Part shown: positions 29,920 to 40,052 of the stretch, piece after piece | How positions within the stretch are numbered: the stretch's first letter is position 1 | Layout of the letters: each line of letters starts with the position of its first letter | Virus record (IMG/VR): IMGVR_UViG_3300042879_006196 | Location: 283,393 to 347,392 of that record | Length of the DNA: 64,000 nucleotides | Direction: 5' to 3' (one strand) | Notes under the pieces: model-generated | Databases searched by the model: none | Seen by the model: only the letters and a program-made list of their open reading frames with translations | Told to the model about the DNA's origin: nothing | Position numbers and translations under genes: made by a program

Positions 29920-30757
29920 AATAATTTTTTTAGTTCCTATATTTGAAAGAGAAGATTGTGTGGAAGATCTTATTCAAAATATACACACAATCTGCCCTAA
30001 TTCTGCAATTCTTTTTCACATAAATAGCAATTGCTCGCAAACATTTGTAGACAATATAAACAAGCTTAAAAACCATTATGATTTTTGTTACATTTTGCCC
30101 GAAAAATATCCATCTGAATGGGCTTCTGGTTTTTTAACAAACATTTACATACAAATGATGAATTGGTGTATTGAAAATGACATTTCAGATTATATTTACA
30201 TTACTCATTCTAATTCATTATTAATAAACCCAAAATTAGAATCATTCATTTATTCACATGAAATATTTTTTCCCTTACCTGGAACTAAACATTCTGGAGA
30301 TTGGTGGGAGAAAATATTATTAGATCAAAATATATTAGATTATGTGAAACCTTTAGGCGACATAATATATGTAACATCTATTGAAGGTGCTGCTATGAAT
30401 TTGAAAGTGGCTCAACATTTTGTTGATGATTTAATTAAAGTTATTCCTAATATTAATGTAGAGTATCCTTCGGAGGAATATTATATACCCACGTCATTTA
30501 TGAAAATCAAAGATAGATACAGATACATGAATTGTGCTTTGGAAAGGTGGGGGCATACAGTTGACCATGTTGTAAATGGATATAAGCTTGGAGTGAGTAA
30601 AAATGAGGAATACATTTTAAATATAGTTTTAAACAATCAATTTGATGTTTTATCTAAATTAAATCTTTATTCAATTAAAAAAATAGAAAGAAAATATAAT
30701 TACCCTTTTAGAGAGCTTTTAAGGAATCATTTTGGTTATAACAACGTAATATTTTAA
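29897..30757 (+). CDS. Hypothetical protein, glycosyltransferase-like
   Basis: Resembles 606..1421 (SN..I, YSIK/SVKR-type C-terminus). Confidence 0.45.
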   Translation: MNSLKRYKIIFLVPIFEREDCVEDLIQNIHTICPNSAILFHINSNCSQTFVDNINKLKNHYDFCYILPEKYPSEWASGFLTNIYIQMMNWCIENDISDYIYITHSNSLLINPKLESFIYSHEIFFPLPGTKHSGDWWEKILLDQNILDYVKPLGDIIYVTSIEGAAMNLKVAQHFVDDLIKVIPNINVEYPSEEYYIPTSFMKIKDRYRYMNCALERWGHTVDHVVNGYKLGVSKNEEYILNIVLNNQFDVLSKLNLYSIKKIERKYNYPFRELLRNHFGYNNVIF

Positions 30758-30762
30758 GGCGC

Positions 30763-31695
30763 ATGATATATCATCAAATTACATCACAAAACCCACTTGA
30801 AATTTATTTAAATTTAGAAGAGCTATTATGCTTAAAAAACATCACAAACACTGAATGTTTCATACAACCAAATGATGTGGCTAAAAAATATTTTGATTTT
30901 TCACATTTCCAAGTAGTCACTGAATTAAAAAAAGATGCTCTTACAATGGACATTGCAGATTATGTCTGTATGTACAATTTTGATTTTATTGACATTGAAG
31001 GCTCTGAGTTTTTAGAATACAAAAGAAACCAAGAAAAAAAATATCTGCGATTAGATAAATTTGAATTGAATGATTTTCATGTAAGGTTTTCAAAACCTAA
31101 TTATTACGAAACAAAATATTTTCATTCGAATAAGAATATATATAGGAATGCGATTAAACAATCTTCTATTTTTTTGTTCAATAAAAAATTTCAAGAAGAG
31201 TATGATTTTTTGAAACAAATTACTCCAAAGCTTCCATTGTTATGCCTCAAAGAATCAGAAGTGAATAGTATACCAAAATTACCAATCACAGATTGTGTTC
31301 ATGTAGCTGATAAATACAACTATGATTTTGGAAAAATTCTTAAAGAGTCTCAAGGAATTAATTCTCTCAATTTACATGATTACATTCGTGATTATCATTC
31401 TTCATTAAAAAACGTGGACATCAATATGTTACTTTTAATCATCAGTGAGAATTTTAAGGACATTTATGGTTACACTCAAGATTATGTTTTTGGCGCATTA
31501 TGTAAGCAAATGTTTTTAAAAGATAAAGATTTTAAAGTTAATTTGCTTAATGTTCCAGATTGTGGTTTATTGGAAAACTTTAACTTTAGAATTGTAGATT
31601 CCAGCGCATGTTTTTCTTTTTCAAAAATGAAATTGAATTGTCACAGATCTGATTTAATGTCACTTATCCGATTCAATGAGTGTGTTATTGATTAA
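30763..31695 (+). CDS. Hypothetical protein
   Basis: 310-aa ORF. Confidence 0.5.
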   Translation: MIYHQITSQNPLEIYLNLEELLCLKNITNTECFIQPNDVAKKYFDFSHFQVVTELKKDALTMDIADYVCMYNFDFIDIEGSEFLEYKRNQEKKYLRLDKFELNDFHVRFSKPNYYETKYFHSNKNIYRNAIKQSSIFLFNKKFQEEYDFLKQITPKLPLLCLKESEVNSIPKLPITDCVHVADKYNYDFGKILKESQGINSLNLHDYIRDYHSSLKNVDINMLLLIISENFKDIYGYTQDYVFGALCKQMFLKDKDFKVNLLNVPDCGLLENFNFRIVDSSACFSFSKMKLNCHRSDLMSLIRFNECVID

Positions 31696-31896
31696 TTTTT
31701 CAATTCTTTCAATAATTGGCGCCAAACCAGTATAGTTGCAATTAAACTCTCCTTTGAATTTTTTTGTAGAATCCACAAAGTTCGTTAAATCATACATGCA
31801 TCTAGCATTTTCTCCAGCCAAATCAATAGTTAGTTCTCCTGTGTATTCTGCCTCTTCATCAAACTTAATTACACTGATGTTTGTTTTACTAGCCAT
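31660..31896 (-). CDS. Hypothetical protein
   Basis: TGTACAAT promoter motif upstream. Confidence 0.55.
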   Translation of the reverse strand: MASKTNISVIKFDEEAEYTGELTIDLAGENARCMYDLTNFVDSTKKFKGEFNCNYTGLAPIIERIEKLINNTLIESDK

Positions 31897-31951
31897 AGGT
31901 TATATTGTACATAAATAAGAAATATAAAACAGTCTGGAGAAAATTCTTAAA

Positions 31952-32458
31952 ATGAAAAATCAAAAAACATCACTAAAAGATACAATTTTAAAACTTGCAA
32001 AAATTGCAGATGATTTTGATTCAATTAAGCTACACAAAGAAGCGAACATTATAACAAATACAATGTTAAAATTAGCACAAACAGAATCATTGTTGATGCA
32101 AACCATTCCAAATTACATCAAAACATCCTTTGGCACTGTTGATGCATTTATTCAAAAATTCCCAGCTTTGGCAGGGTTAAAACAAGTGTTGACAAAGTTA
32201 GTAAGCGGACAACCACTTAATGAATTAGAAAAAGATCAACTAAGGAAATCAATTTTACAATCAGGATTAGGAAATTTGGAAGTATTACCAGCTGTGGAAG
32301 AAGCGAAAAAAATGAAAGCCGCCAATCCAACAATGAAATTAATTGATATCAGAAATTCTTTAGCTCAAAAATACACATGGCTTAATAATGGTCAAGATCC
32401 AAGATTTCAATCATTTAATCAGCAATTGTTAGCTATGTCGAGAAATAATATTGCTTAA
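31952..32458 (+). CDS. Hypothetical protein with N-terminal helical motif
   Basis: LAKIADDFD...EANII...KLAQ, shared with 26320 and 16949. Confidence 0.6.
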   Translation: MKNQKTSLKDTILKLAKIADDFDSIKLHKEANIITNTMLKLAQTESLLMQTIPNYIKTSFGTVDAFIQKFPALAGLKQVLTKLVSGQPLNELEKDQLRKSILQSGLGNLEVLPAVEEAKKMKAANPTMKLIDIRNSLAQKYTWLNNGQDPRFQSFNQQLLAMSRNNIA

Positions 32459-32478
32459 ATCCTGTATAATAATAGTGT

Positions 32479-33702
32479 ATGACACCAGGTGTCCGAATAC
32501 TTTTTATTGACATGAATTCCTTCTACGCCTCTGTAGAAGAGCAAGATAACCCAGGATTTCGTGGGAAACCCACTATTGTAGTGCCAGTTATGGCAGACAC
32601 ATCATGTGCAATCGCCGCTTCTTATCAAGCTAAAAAATTGGGCATCAAAACTGGCACACCTGTAGCTGAAGCTAAACGTATCGCACCCAATCTTAATGTA
32701 GTGCTTGCCAGACCTTCAAGATATGTTGACATTCACAATAAAATCCTCACAATTCTTAACACAATCTTCACGAAAGTAAAACCCTTATCTATTGACGAGT
32801 TTGCATGTTACCTTCCTGTAGATAATGCATCAGAGGAGTTTTGCTTACAATTGAGAGATAAAATTAATAAGCAAATCCAAAACACAATCGGGCATGAAGT
32901 AAAAGCTTCTTTTGGAGCTTCGTCTAATATTTTTCTAGCCAAAATTGCTTCAGAAATTATTAAGCCTGATGGCTTTGTTTATTTTGAAGCAAAAGATGCT
33001 CAAGAGAAAATGAAACATCTTAAATTAACAGATTTGCCAGGAATTGCCAGCAAAATGAATGCAAGACTTGGTTCAAGATTTGTTTATACTATAGATGATT
33101 TGTTTTCCAAATCCGCAAGTGAGCTTAAAGCTATATTTGGATCAATAATTGGCGAACAATGGTGGAGCATGCTTAGGGGAACTTTGAATCCAGATTATGG
33201 CATGTGGTATGGAAAAAAATTAAAATCCATTGGTCACTCACATGTTATTCCTCCACAAATGCGAAATGTGCCTCACACTTATGAAATTTACAAATCACTG
33301 GTGGAAAAATCATTCAATCGAATGAACACACACAATCTATATCCAAGTAAATTACATGTTGGCATATCATGTTATAAGCCAAAGCACAAATCTATTTATA
33401 TTGAAGCTGAAACCAAACATTTTAAACACACCGATAATTCAGATTCTCTTCGCGTGTATGCCGAAAGTGAATGGAATTGCATAGCACAAGGAATACCTGA
33501 TGATTATTATCCAAGAAAAGTGAGCGTAAGATGGACTAATCTATGTAATAAACAGGACATAATTCAACCATTGTTTGATTCAGATTGTGTTGAAAAATAC
33601 AAAAGTATCTACGACATTCCAGATAGAATTACATTTGGTGATCCACAAAGGATTTTTAAAGAAACCTGCAAGAATTCCCCATCCGCTTGTCGGTGGGGAT
33701 GA
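32479..33702 (+). CDS. dinB: Y-family DNA polymerase IV; last ~11 codons supplied by the IS left end
   Basis: IDMNSFYASVE, AASYQAK, SIDE, AKIAS..KPDG, LPGI. Confidence 0.9.
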   Translation: MTPGVRILFIDMNSFYASVEEQDNPGFRGKPTIVVPVMADTSCAIAASYQAKKLGIKTGTPVAEAKRIAPNLNVVLARPSRYVDIHNKILTILNTIFTKVKPLSIDEFACYLPVDNASEEFCLQLRDKINKQIQNTIGHEVKASFGASSNIFLAKIASEIIKPDGFVYFEAKDAQEKMKHLKLTDLPGIASKMNARLGSRFVYTIDDLFSKSASELKAIFGSIIGEQWWSMLRGTLNPDYGMWYGKKLKSIGHSHVIPPQMRNVPHTYEIYKSLVEKSFNRMNTHNLYPSKLHVGISCYKPKHKSIYIEAETKHFKHTDNSDSLRVYAESEWNCIAQGIPDDYYPRKVSVRWTNLCNKQDIIQPLFDSDCVEKYKSIYDIPDRITFGDPQRIFKETCKNSPSACRWG

Positions 33703-35009
33703 ATTGCAGTAATTAGAAAATATTCTACTATTTTTCTAAAACATGTAGGTGATAGCAAATATTAAACTGTAAAAGAACTATATGTTGAAAGCATATAAGT
33801 TTTTGATAAAACCTGCGAAAGAGCAAAGTGAGATGTTTGAAAAACATTTTGGCGCTGCTAGGTTTGTCTATAACTGGGGCTTAGAACAAAAAACAAAATC
33901 TTATCAAGAAGGAAAGAAAACATTGACTTTTCTTGGATTAGGACCAGAACTTGTTAAACTTAAAAAAGAAAACATCTGGATGAAAGAAGTTAATAGCCAA
34001 TCACTATTGGCTTCTCTAAAGAATTTAGACAATGCCTACACTAGATTCTTTCGAGAAAAGAAAGGATTTCCTAAATTTAAATCAAAATACAATCCAAAAC
34101 AATCCTTCCAATGCCCTCAACATTGTACTGTAGATTTTGAAAAAGGATTGCTAAATATCCCTAAAGTTAAAAATATCAAAACTGTATTCCACAGACAATT
34201 TGAAGGAGATATCAAAACTGTAACGATTTCTAAAGTGCCTTCTGGAAAATATTATGTTTCTATCCTTGTGGAAGATGGAAAGTCTTTACAAATTAAACCC
34301 AAACTTGACAGAAACGATGCAATAGGTATTGACATGGGATTGAAAGATTTTGTAGTTACTTCAGATGGAGATAAGATTGCTAATCCGAAATATCTCAGAA
34401 AATCCGAAGAACGACTTGCAAGAAGACAAAGAAAATTAAGTGTAAAAAAGAAAGGGAGCAATAATAGAAATAAACAACGTAAAAAAGTAGCAAAGCTACA
34501 TAAAAAAATAGCTAATCAAAGAAAAGACTTTCTGCATAAAGTATCTCATCAAATAGTTCACAAGAATCACGGAACGATTTGTGTTGAAGACTTGTGTGTT
34601 AAAGGGATGGTCAAAAATAGAAAATTAGCTAAATCAATATCTGATGCAGGATGGGGAATGTTCTATAATTTTCTGAAATACAAATCAGAATGGCATGGAA
34701 AGAATTTCCTTGATATTGGAAGATTTGAACCATCGAGCAAGATGTGTTCAGTCTGCGGGAATATCAAATCAGATTTGACATTATCTGATAGAGAATGGAT
34801 ATGTTCTAAATGTGAAACAAAACACGATAGAGATATCAATGCTTCAATTAATATTCGGAACATGGCATTCACTAATCAGAATTTGGTAAGATGTATAGGA
34901 CTGGAACAGCCCGAATCAACGCCTGTGGAGAAGAAAGCTCTGGTTAGAAATAATGAAACTATCTTCTGCGAAGCAGGAAGCCTCACCCCTTGTGGGTGAG
35001 GTAGTTCAC
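33668..35009 (+). mobile_element. TnpB-only IS200/IS605 (IS1341-type) element 1
   Basis: Left-end hairpin CCCCA..TGGGG; right-end hairpin CCTCACCC..GGGTGAGG followed by TAGTTCAC; ends shared with element 2. Confidence 0.85.
33782..34999 (+). CDS. tnpB: RNA-guided endonuclease TnpB
   Basis: GIDMG, VEDL, CSVC..CSKC, DRDINAS; RuvC triad intact. Confidence 0.95.
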   Translation: MLKAYKFLIKPAKEQSEMFEKHFGAARFVYNWGLEQKTKSYQEGKKTLTFLGLGPELVKLKKENIWMKEVNSQSLLASLKNLDNAYTRFFREKKGFPKFKSKYNPKQSFQCPQHCTVDFEKGLLNIPKVKNIKTVFHRQFEGDIKTVTISKVPSGKYYVSILVEDGKSLQIKPKLDRNDAIGIDMGLKDFVVTSDGDKIANPKYLRKSEERLARRQRKLSVKKKGSNNRNKQRKKVAKLHKKIANQRKDFLHKVSHQIVHKNHGTICVEDLCVKGMVKNRKLAKSISDAGWGMFYNFLKYKSEWHGKNFLDIGRFEPSSKMCSVCGNIKSDLTLSDREWICSKCETKHDRDINASINIRNMAFTNQNLVRCIGLEQPESTPVEKKALVRNNETIFCEAGSLTPCG

Positions 35010-35033
35010 TAATTAATTTTCGTATACATTATT

Positions 35034-35642
35034 ATGCCACAATTTAATCTTCTAGGGGAAACACCATCCACTTATGTAAATGGACCTGGAAATAGATATA
35101 TGATTCATCTTCAAGGTTGCAATCTTGGGTGCAAAAATTGTTTCAATCCTGAATCTTGGTCATTTAAGACTAAAAATCTTGTGTCAGTGGAATCACTTGC
35201 AAATAAAATCTTAGAAAACAATGTTGATGGATTAACTATTTCTGGCGGTGAACCCTTTCTTCAATCAGAATCTCTGCTTCATTTCTTGCAGTATTTGCAT
35301 AGCAGTGAAATGCCATTTCCAAAAGGCATTTTAATATATTCAGGTTACACCGAAGAAGAACTTCAAAAAATCCCCGAATATTCTCAGATAATTAAATTAG
35401 TGGATGTAATTGTTTCAGGAAGATACAAAGAAGAATTAAGAGTGTACGAATCTTTGCTGAGCAGTAGTAATCAAAAATTTATTTGGGGTGAACAAAAAAA
35501 TATCAAAGAAGAAGAATTGATAAATCAAAATTGCGAAATTATTATTGAAGAAAACGGTTTAAAACTTACAGGATTTCCAAATTTAACAGCTGAGATGAAA
35601 CAAACTATGAAAGATTTAGGCGTGGAAATCAAGGTAATTTGA
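35034..35642 (+). CDS. Radical SAM activase, NrdG-like
   Basis: NGPG.R, GCNLGCKNCFNP, SGGEPF, SSNQ. Confidence 0.8.
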   Translation: MPQFNLLGETPSTYVNGPGNRYMIHLQGCNLGCKNCFNPESWSFKTKNLVSVESLANKILENNVDGLTISGGEPFLQSESLLHFLQYLHSSEMPFPKGILIYSGYTEEELQKIPEYSQIIKLVDVIVSGRYKEELRVYESLLSSSNQKFIWGEQKNIKEEELINQNCEIIIEENGLKLTGFPNLTAEMKQTMKDLGVEIKVI

Positions 35643-35709
35643 TCATAAAACTAGAAATAACAAATAGGCTCCGCAGAATCATTGATTCGTTTTTGAGTCG
35701 AGGAAAAAA

Positions 35710-36408
35710 ATGAAAAATATTCTATCTACATTATCAGATCATGAGTTGGTGGCTATTTACCAATCCAATTCAAATGAAACATACCTGGAAACACTTATTT
35801 CTAGATACGAAAAAATGCTTCGCAAGCTGTCTCATGCGCACACCTTGAAGCATCCAAATACAAATTTAGAAGATAACTTACAAAATGCCAAACATGGGGC
35901 GATTATTGCTTTCAACAGATTCAATACACAATCTTCAACAGCATTATCTACATTTTTACATACAACGGTGTATTATCATTTGCTAACATGTAGTGAAAAT
36001 GAATCATTTGTAAATTGCCCCAGCAATTTAAGAGAAGTGAAATCATATTGCGCTGGTAAATATGATTCAGATTTAAACAAAAAAAATAAATTCGAAGAAA
36101 AATATCGTTTATTCAATGAAAAAGATATTGAAGAATTTAAAAAAACTAATATTGTTTTGTCTAATCCAATTTGTGTCACTGAAAAACTACCAGACTTAAC
36201 TGTTTTCGATGAAAATTCTACAATTGATGAGATTCAAGTCAAATTATTTATTGAAACACTACCCGAAGATGATAAACAGATTGTGTGTATGTTAATGGAA
36301 GGCTATTCTATTTCAAAAATTTCAAAAATTCTTTCATCATCGCATCAAAAAATCTCAGATAAACAAATTAAAAAGAAATTGCAATCAATCCAAACATTAT
36401 TCGTATAA
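35710..36408 (+). CDS. Sigma-70 family phage sigma factor
   Basis: Region 2-like (LISRYEKML...EDNLQ...AFNRFN...STF) and region 4-like HTH. Confidence 0.7.
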   Translation: MKNILSTLSDHELVAIYQSNSNETYLETLISRYEKMLRKLSHAHTLKHPNTNLEDNLQNAKHGAIIAFNRFNTQSSTALSTFLHTTVYYHLLTCSENESFVNCPSNLREVKSYCAGKYDSDLNKKNKFEEKYRLFNEKDIEEFKKTNIVLSNPICVTEKLPDLTVFDENSTIDEIQVKLFIETLPEDDKQIVCMLMEGYSISKISKILSSSHQKISDKQIKKKLQSIQTLFV

Positions 36409-36415
36409 TACTATT

Positions 36416-36946
36416 ATGGTTAATTATTATGCTATTCACGTTATGTCTGGTCGTGAAAATAAAACCAGAGATTTGTTGTTAAGTAGAGCTGTGGCTCAAA
36501 AACAATGGCAAGATACAATACTAGACATTATTATTCCTACTGAAAAAGAATATATAACTAGAAGAGGCAAAAGAGTGATTGCAGACAAAAAAGTTTTTCC
36601 AGGCTATATTTTTGTTAAAATGCACTTAGATGAAAATTCTGAAAAACTTGTGCAAGGAACAGATGGTGTCACTGGTTTTGTTAGGTCAGGTAGCAAACCT
36701 GTACCTGTCGCAGAAAGAGAAATAGAACAAATCTTAAAAAATCTTGAAAATTCACAAGAAGATTCTCCGAAATCTAATTTTAAAGCCAATGATATTATTT
36801 CGATTATTTCTGGCGCATTTGCAGATTTTTCTGGAAAAGTTGAATCTATTGATGAATCAAAAGGAAAAGTGAAGGCTTATGTTAATATCTTTGGACGAGA
36901 TACTCTTGTTGAACTTGCAATACAAGATGTTGAGCCTATGAAATAA
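36416..36946 (+). CDS. nusG: Transcription elongation/antitermination factor NusG
   Basis: SGRE, FPGYIF, GVTGFV, KOW GAFADFSG, IFGRDT. Confidence 0.93.
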   Translation: MVNYYAIHVMSGRENKTRDLLLSRAVAQKQWQDTILDIIIPTEKEYITRRGKRVIADKKVFPGYIFVKMHLDENSEKLVQGTDGVTGFVRSGSKPVPVAEREIEQILKNLENSQEDSPKSNFKANDIISIISGAFADFSGKVESIDESKGKVKAYVNIFGRDTLVELAIQDVEPMK

Positions 36947-37007
36947 TTTTCCAGGTTTAACAATTCTTAAATATAATCTTTTGTGTATTTACACATAAAA
37001 GATAATT

Positions 37008-37595
37008 ATGAAAAAAAATAACGATAATATAAGTGGAATGAATGATACCACAAATAGAGAAAAATTCGAAAAACTTTACAAGCAATCCCGTAGCAAACTT
37101 TACGGGATTGCTTTGTCTGTTGCAAGGGATGCAGATTTAGCAAATGATGTGTTGCAATTAGCCTATCTTAAAGCTTGGCGTAATTTTGATGAATATGATC
37201 AAAACAAAAAGTTTTTAAATTGGATGACAACAATTGTTAGAAATGCTGGCATTGATCAAACAAGACAAAAGAAAAAACACAATCTTGCATTTTCAATTGA
37301 TAGTTTGACTAATCCCACTGATGATAACAAATATCAAGAAATGTATATCGAAGATAAATCTTCTGATATAATGCAAAATTATGAAAGAAAAGAATTAATG
37401 CAAGCAATACAAAAAGAAATCTCTAAAATGCCTGAAGAGCTCAAGCTGGTTTTTATACCATTTGTCAAAGGTTTAACTTATGAAGAAATTTCTCAAGAAA
37501 CAAATGTAACCCTTGCTACAGTAAGAGCTAGAGTTCACCGAGCAAAACAAATTTTAAGAAACAATGAAAATCTTGAAAACTTAGCAAGTTTTTAA
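37008..37595 (+). CDS. ECF sigma factor
   Basis: DVLQ.AYLKAW, WMTTIVRN..ID, YEEIS...TVRARVHRAK. Confidence 0.88.
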   Translation: MKKNNDNISGMNDTTNREKFEKLYKQSRSKLYGIALSVARDADLANDVLQLAYLKAWRNFDEYDQNKKFLNWMTTIVRNAGIDQTRQKKKHNLAFSIDSLTNPTDDNKYQEMYIEDKSSDIMQNYERKELMQAIQKEISKMPEELKLVFIPFVKGLTYEEISQETNVTLATVRARVHRAKQILRNNENLENLASF

Positions 37596-37619
37596 CGTAT
37601 AATAAAGTAGGTAATAGAA

Positions 37620-38063
37620 ATGAAGAAAATTCTAACAATTATTCCAGCTCTCGCCGTTTTAGCTTCAGTCGCTCCTGCACAGGAAAAGATTGGGCTTCGA
37701 CCAATTAAGCCACAAGTAAAGTCGCAATCAATGGCTACTTCCGTTTCAGATGGTAGTTTGTCTTTCTTGTATCTTAGGGATGGCTTGGATACAAGCTACA
37801 CAGCTGTCTCCTACCCATTGTTCAACGTAAGTGGTCTTGGAAACAGGGTTCAAATCGTTGCACTTGGTGCATTTGACAGCAATTTCACAAAGACTAACAT
37901 GTATCTCGGTACAGGTGTGTCTGTGAGCGTTCTTCGTAATTCTGGTTGGGAAGTTAAAGCATACGCTGGTTATAAAGGCTTCAACCTTGGACAAAACTTT
38001 AATGCCGCTCAAGGCTCAGAAGGAGTAGTTCTTGGTCTTGGTCTGACCATTCCTGTGCGATAA
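37620..38063 (+). CDS. Exported beta-rich protein, possible outer-membrane barrel
   Basis: Signal peptide APA|Q; alternating beta-strands. Confidence 0.55.
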   Translation: MKKILTIIPALAVLASVAPAQEKIGLRPIKPQVKSQSMATSVSDGSLSFLYLRDGLDTSYTAVSYPLFNVSGLGNRVQIVALGAFDSNFTKTNMYLGTGVSVSVLRNSGWEVKAYAGYKGFNLGQNFNAAQGSEGVVLGLGLTIPVR

Positions 38064-38087
38064 TCCATTCGGCATTTCGTTTCTCCT

Positions 38088-38115
38088 AGTCCTCATAGCA
38101 ATGTGAGGACTTTTT
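38088..38115 (+). terminator. Intrinsic terminator
   Basis: AGTCCTCA..TGAGGACT followed by T run. Confidence 0.75.
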
Positions 38116-38141
38116 CTTTCAAACTTTGTATATATTAATAT

Positions 38142-38525
38142 GGGGCGCCCAGGCATTCGACAGAAGAGTATGGGTGTGCGTTGCATGTAGTGGGTGATTC
38201 TCCGGCCACTTCAAAAGAGAATCAAAAAATAAATGGCAAAAATGCTAAAAAGAATCGCAGAAATGGCTTTGGCTCTGCCCAAGCTGGCTTTGCAATGGTA
38301 GCCTAAGTGCTTCCTGGGGATACGTACAACCAAGCTAGTAGGGTGTCTATCTCTTAGAATAAAGTCTAGCTAAAAAACATCTATGATCGAATGATGTAAA
38401 AGCGATATGCAGATTGTGTGGATTTGTTATTTGTTCCTAACAATTTAAGAAAAAACAATAAACTAAACATGTAGTAACGTATATGACAGCTATTTTGGAA
38501 AGGGGTTCGACTCCCCTGCGCTCCA
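38142..38525 (+). ncRNA. ssrA: tmRNA (CCA not encoded)
   Basis: GGGGCGC/GCGCTCCA acceptor stem with G3:U70, TTCGAC near the 5' end, T-arm AGGGGTTCGACTCCCCT; tag ORF 38235-38306 GKNAKKNRRNGFGSAQAGFAMVA*. Confidence 0.92.
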
Positions 38526-38599
38526 AACTTTATTAAGGTATTTTCAGAAATACTTAGATTCAAATAGGTTCAAATTGTGAATTTCCTTAATATAGGTTT

Positions 38600-39154
38600 G
38601 TGAACCACAAAAATTTAACACCTATATTCAAATTAAATAATCAGCTTTCACAAATAGAGAAAGTTAGTTTGGCTAATTTAATTGCTTTTCCAAATGATGT
38701 GGCACAAGATTTGTATGATGATATATTTAATACAAATGAAAACACTGCCATTGGCATGATTGTATTAAGCACTGGTTTTATTATTGGTGGATTTGTTATA
38801 AAAATAATCCCAGGCTACCAATCAATAGCGTTAAAAGAAATTATAATAAATCCAAAACTTAAATCACCGAAGCACACATCAAGAATGATTGACTATATAG
38901 GTGATTATGGTCTAGAAATTTTTGGGGAAAATTTCAAAGGCATATTTACAACCACGCTTTGTAATAAAAACAAAAAAGATCTGAATAACAAAAATTTTGT
39001 AAAAAGAAAAAGTATGTTAAATTCAGGAGCTATCACAGTTAAAGAATGTGCAAGAGTAAAAAATAATTTCATGCATTTCATTTACATTCCTTTCAATGGA
39101 GGACATGAATCGGATGAAGTTAAAGAAATTTTCTGGCAAATTGCGAAGAGCTAA
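38600..39154 (+). CDS. Hypothetical protein, possibly a degenerate GNAT fold
   Basis: AGG-N31-GTG start; weak GNAT-like pattern. Confidence 0.45.
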   Translation: MNHKNLTPIFKLNNQLSQIEKVSLANLIAFPNDVAQDLYDDIFNTNENTAIGMIVLSTGFIIGGFVIKIIPGYQSIALKEIIINPKLKSPKHTSRMIDYIGDYGLEIFGENFKGIFTTTLCNKNKKDLNNKNFVKRKSMLNSGAITVKECARVKNNFMHFIYIPFNGGHESDEVKEIFWQIAKS

Positions 39155-39590
39155 CGTTCTCAAAGGAATAGCAATAATTTTGCTAGTTTGTTTATATAAC
39201 AGGCAACAACACCAATTTTTTATTATTGTCAATGGCACATCTATGGAACCCACCCTCAAAAACCACTCTTTAGTTTATGTTAATCACGATTTTAAATCTA
39301 TTGAAAAAGAAGACATAATTGTTGCTAATTGGAATAACGAGACTATAGTTAAAAGGGTTGTGGGTGTTGCTGGAGATAAATATGTTGCCAGTCTGTTTGG
39401 AGATTCTTTCACTCTTATTACCCAAGAATCACAATCTTCATTAAATTTCAAGCCATCAACAAATTTAATTCTTTCAACAATTCCTACAGGATATTATTTT
39501 GTCGAAGGCGATAATATTGATACCTCCTATGATTCGCAAGATTTCGGGTTGATTCCTAGATCAAATATCATTGCAAAAGTAATTTTATAA
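39096..39590 (+). CDS. lepB: Signal peptidase I (S26)
   Basis: GTSMEPTL, IVKRVVG, GDN..SYDS..FG; exact start uncertain. Confidence 0.85.
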   Translation: MEDMNRMKLKKFSGKLRRANVLKGIAIILLVCLYNRQQHQFFIIVNGTSMEPTLKNHSLVYVNHDFKSIEKEDIIVANWNNETIVKRVVGVAGDKYVASLFGDSFTLITQESQSSLNFKPSTNLILSTIPTGYYFVEGDNIDTSYDSQDFGLIPRSNIIAKVIL

Positions 39591-39901
39591 TGTACAAAGT
39601 AATTATGTGGATAGAATTAGATTCAGAAGAATTAGATGTAATAACTGAAGCTTTGAAGCATTGTAATTTACATGGTATGAATTTTTTACTAAAATCGCAA
39701 TTAAATTCGCTTTCACCGCGTAATATAAAACATAGCAAAAAAAATGCTGTTAAAGCTGCTCAGATATATTTTTCTGCTGATGATTTGATGGTTGAAGATG
39801 ATTATGTTAAATGGACTGAAGAAGGTGATGCTCTTGTTATGTGCTGGCAAAAAGTTCCTAAAGAATTTATCGTGGAAGAAGATTGTGGTTGCGGTAAGTA
39901 A
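39590..39901 (+). CDS. Hypothetical protein
   Basis: TAATG overlap. Confidence 0.5.
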   Translation: MYKVIMWIELDSEELDVITEALKHCNLHGMNFLLKSQLNSLSPRNIKHSKKNAVKAAQIYFSADDLMVEDDYVKWTEEGDALVMCWQKVPKEFIVEEDCGCGK

Positions 39902-40052
39902 ACACAAATTTACAATCTTAGGGTTGTTGGCATTGAGTCTTTTATTCATTGAAGATAAAGATTTATTTGTTGTCCTTTTAATTGGCTCAATGATTGCTAT
40001 TATTTACTCTTTTGTCAGGAATAAGCTTCATTGAATTAGAAATAAGTAAGAT

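Noticed and set aside
33668-35009. IStron or Cas12f system
   Set aside because: Only about 110 bp precede tnpB, too short for a group I intron; no array.
38381-38563. 60-aa minus-strand ORF
   Set aside because: Antisense to the tmRNA 3' half.
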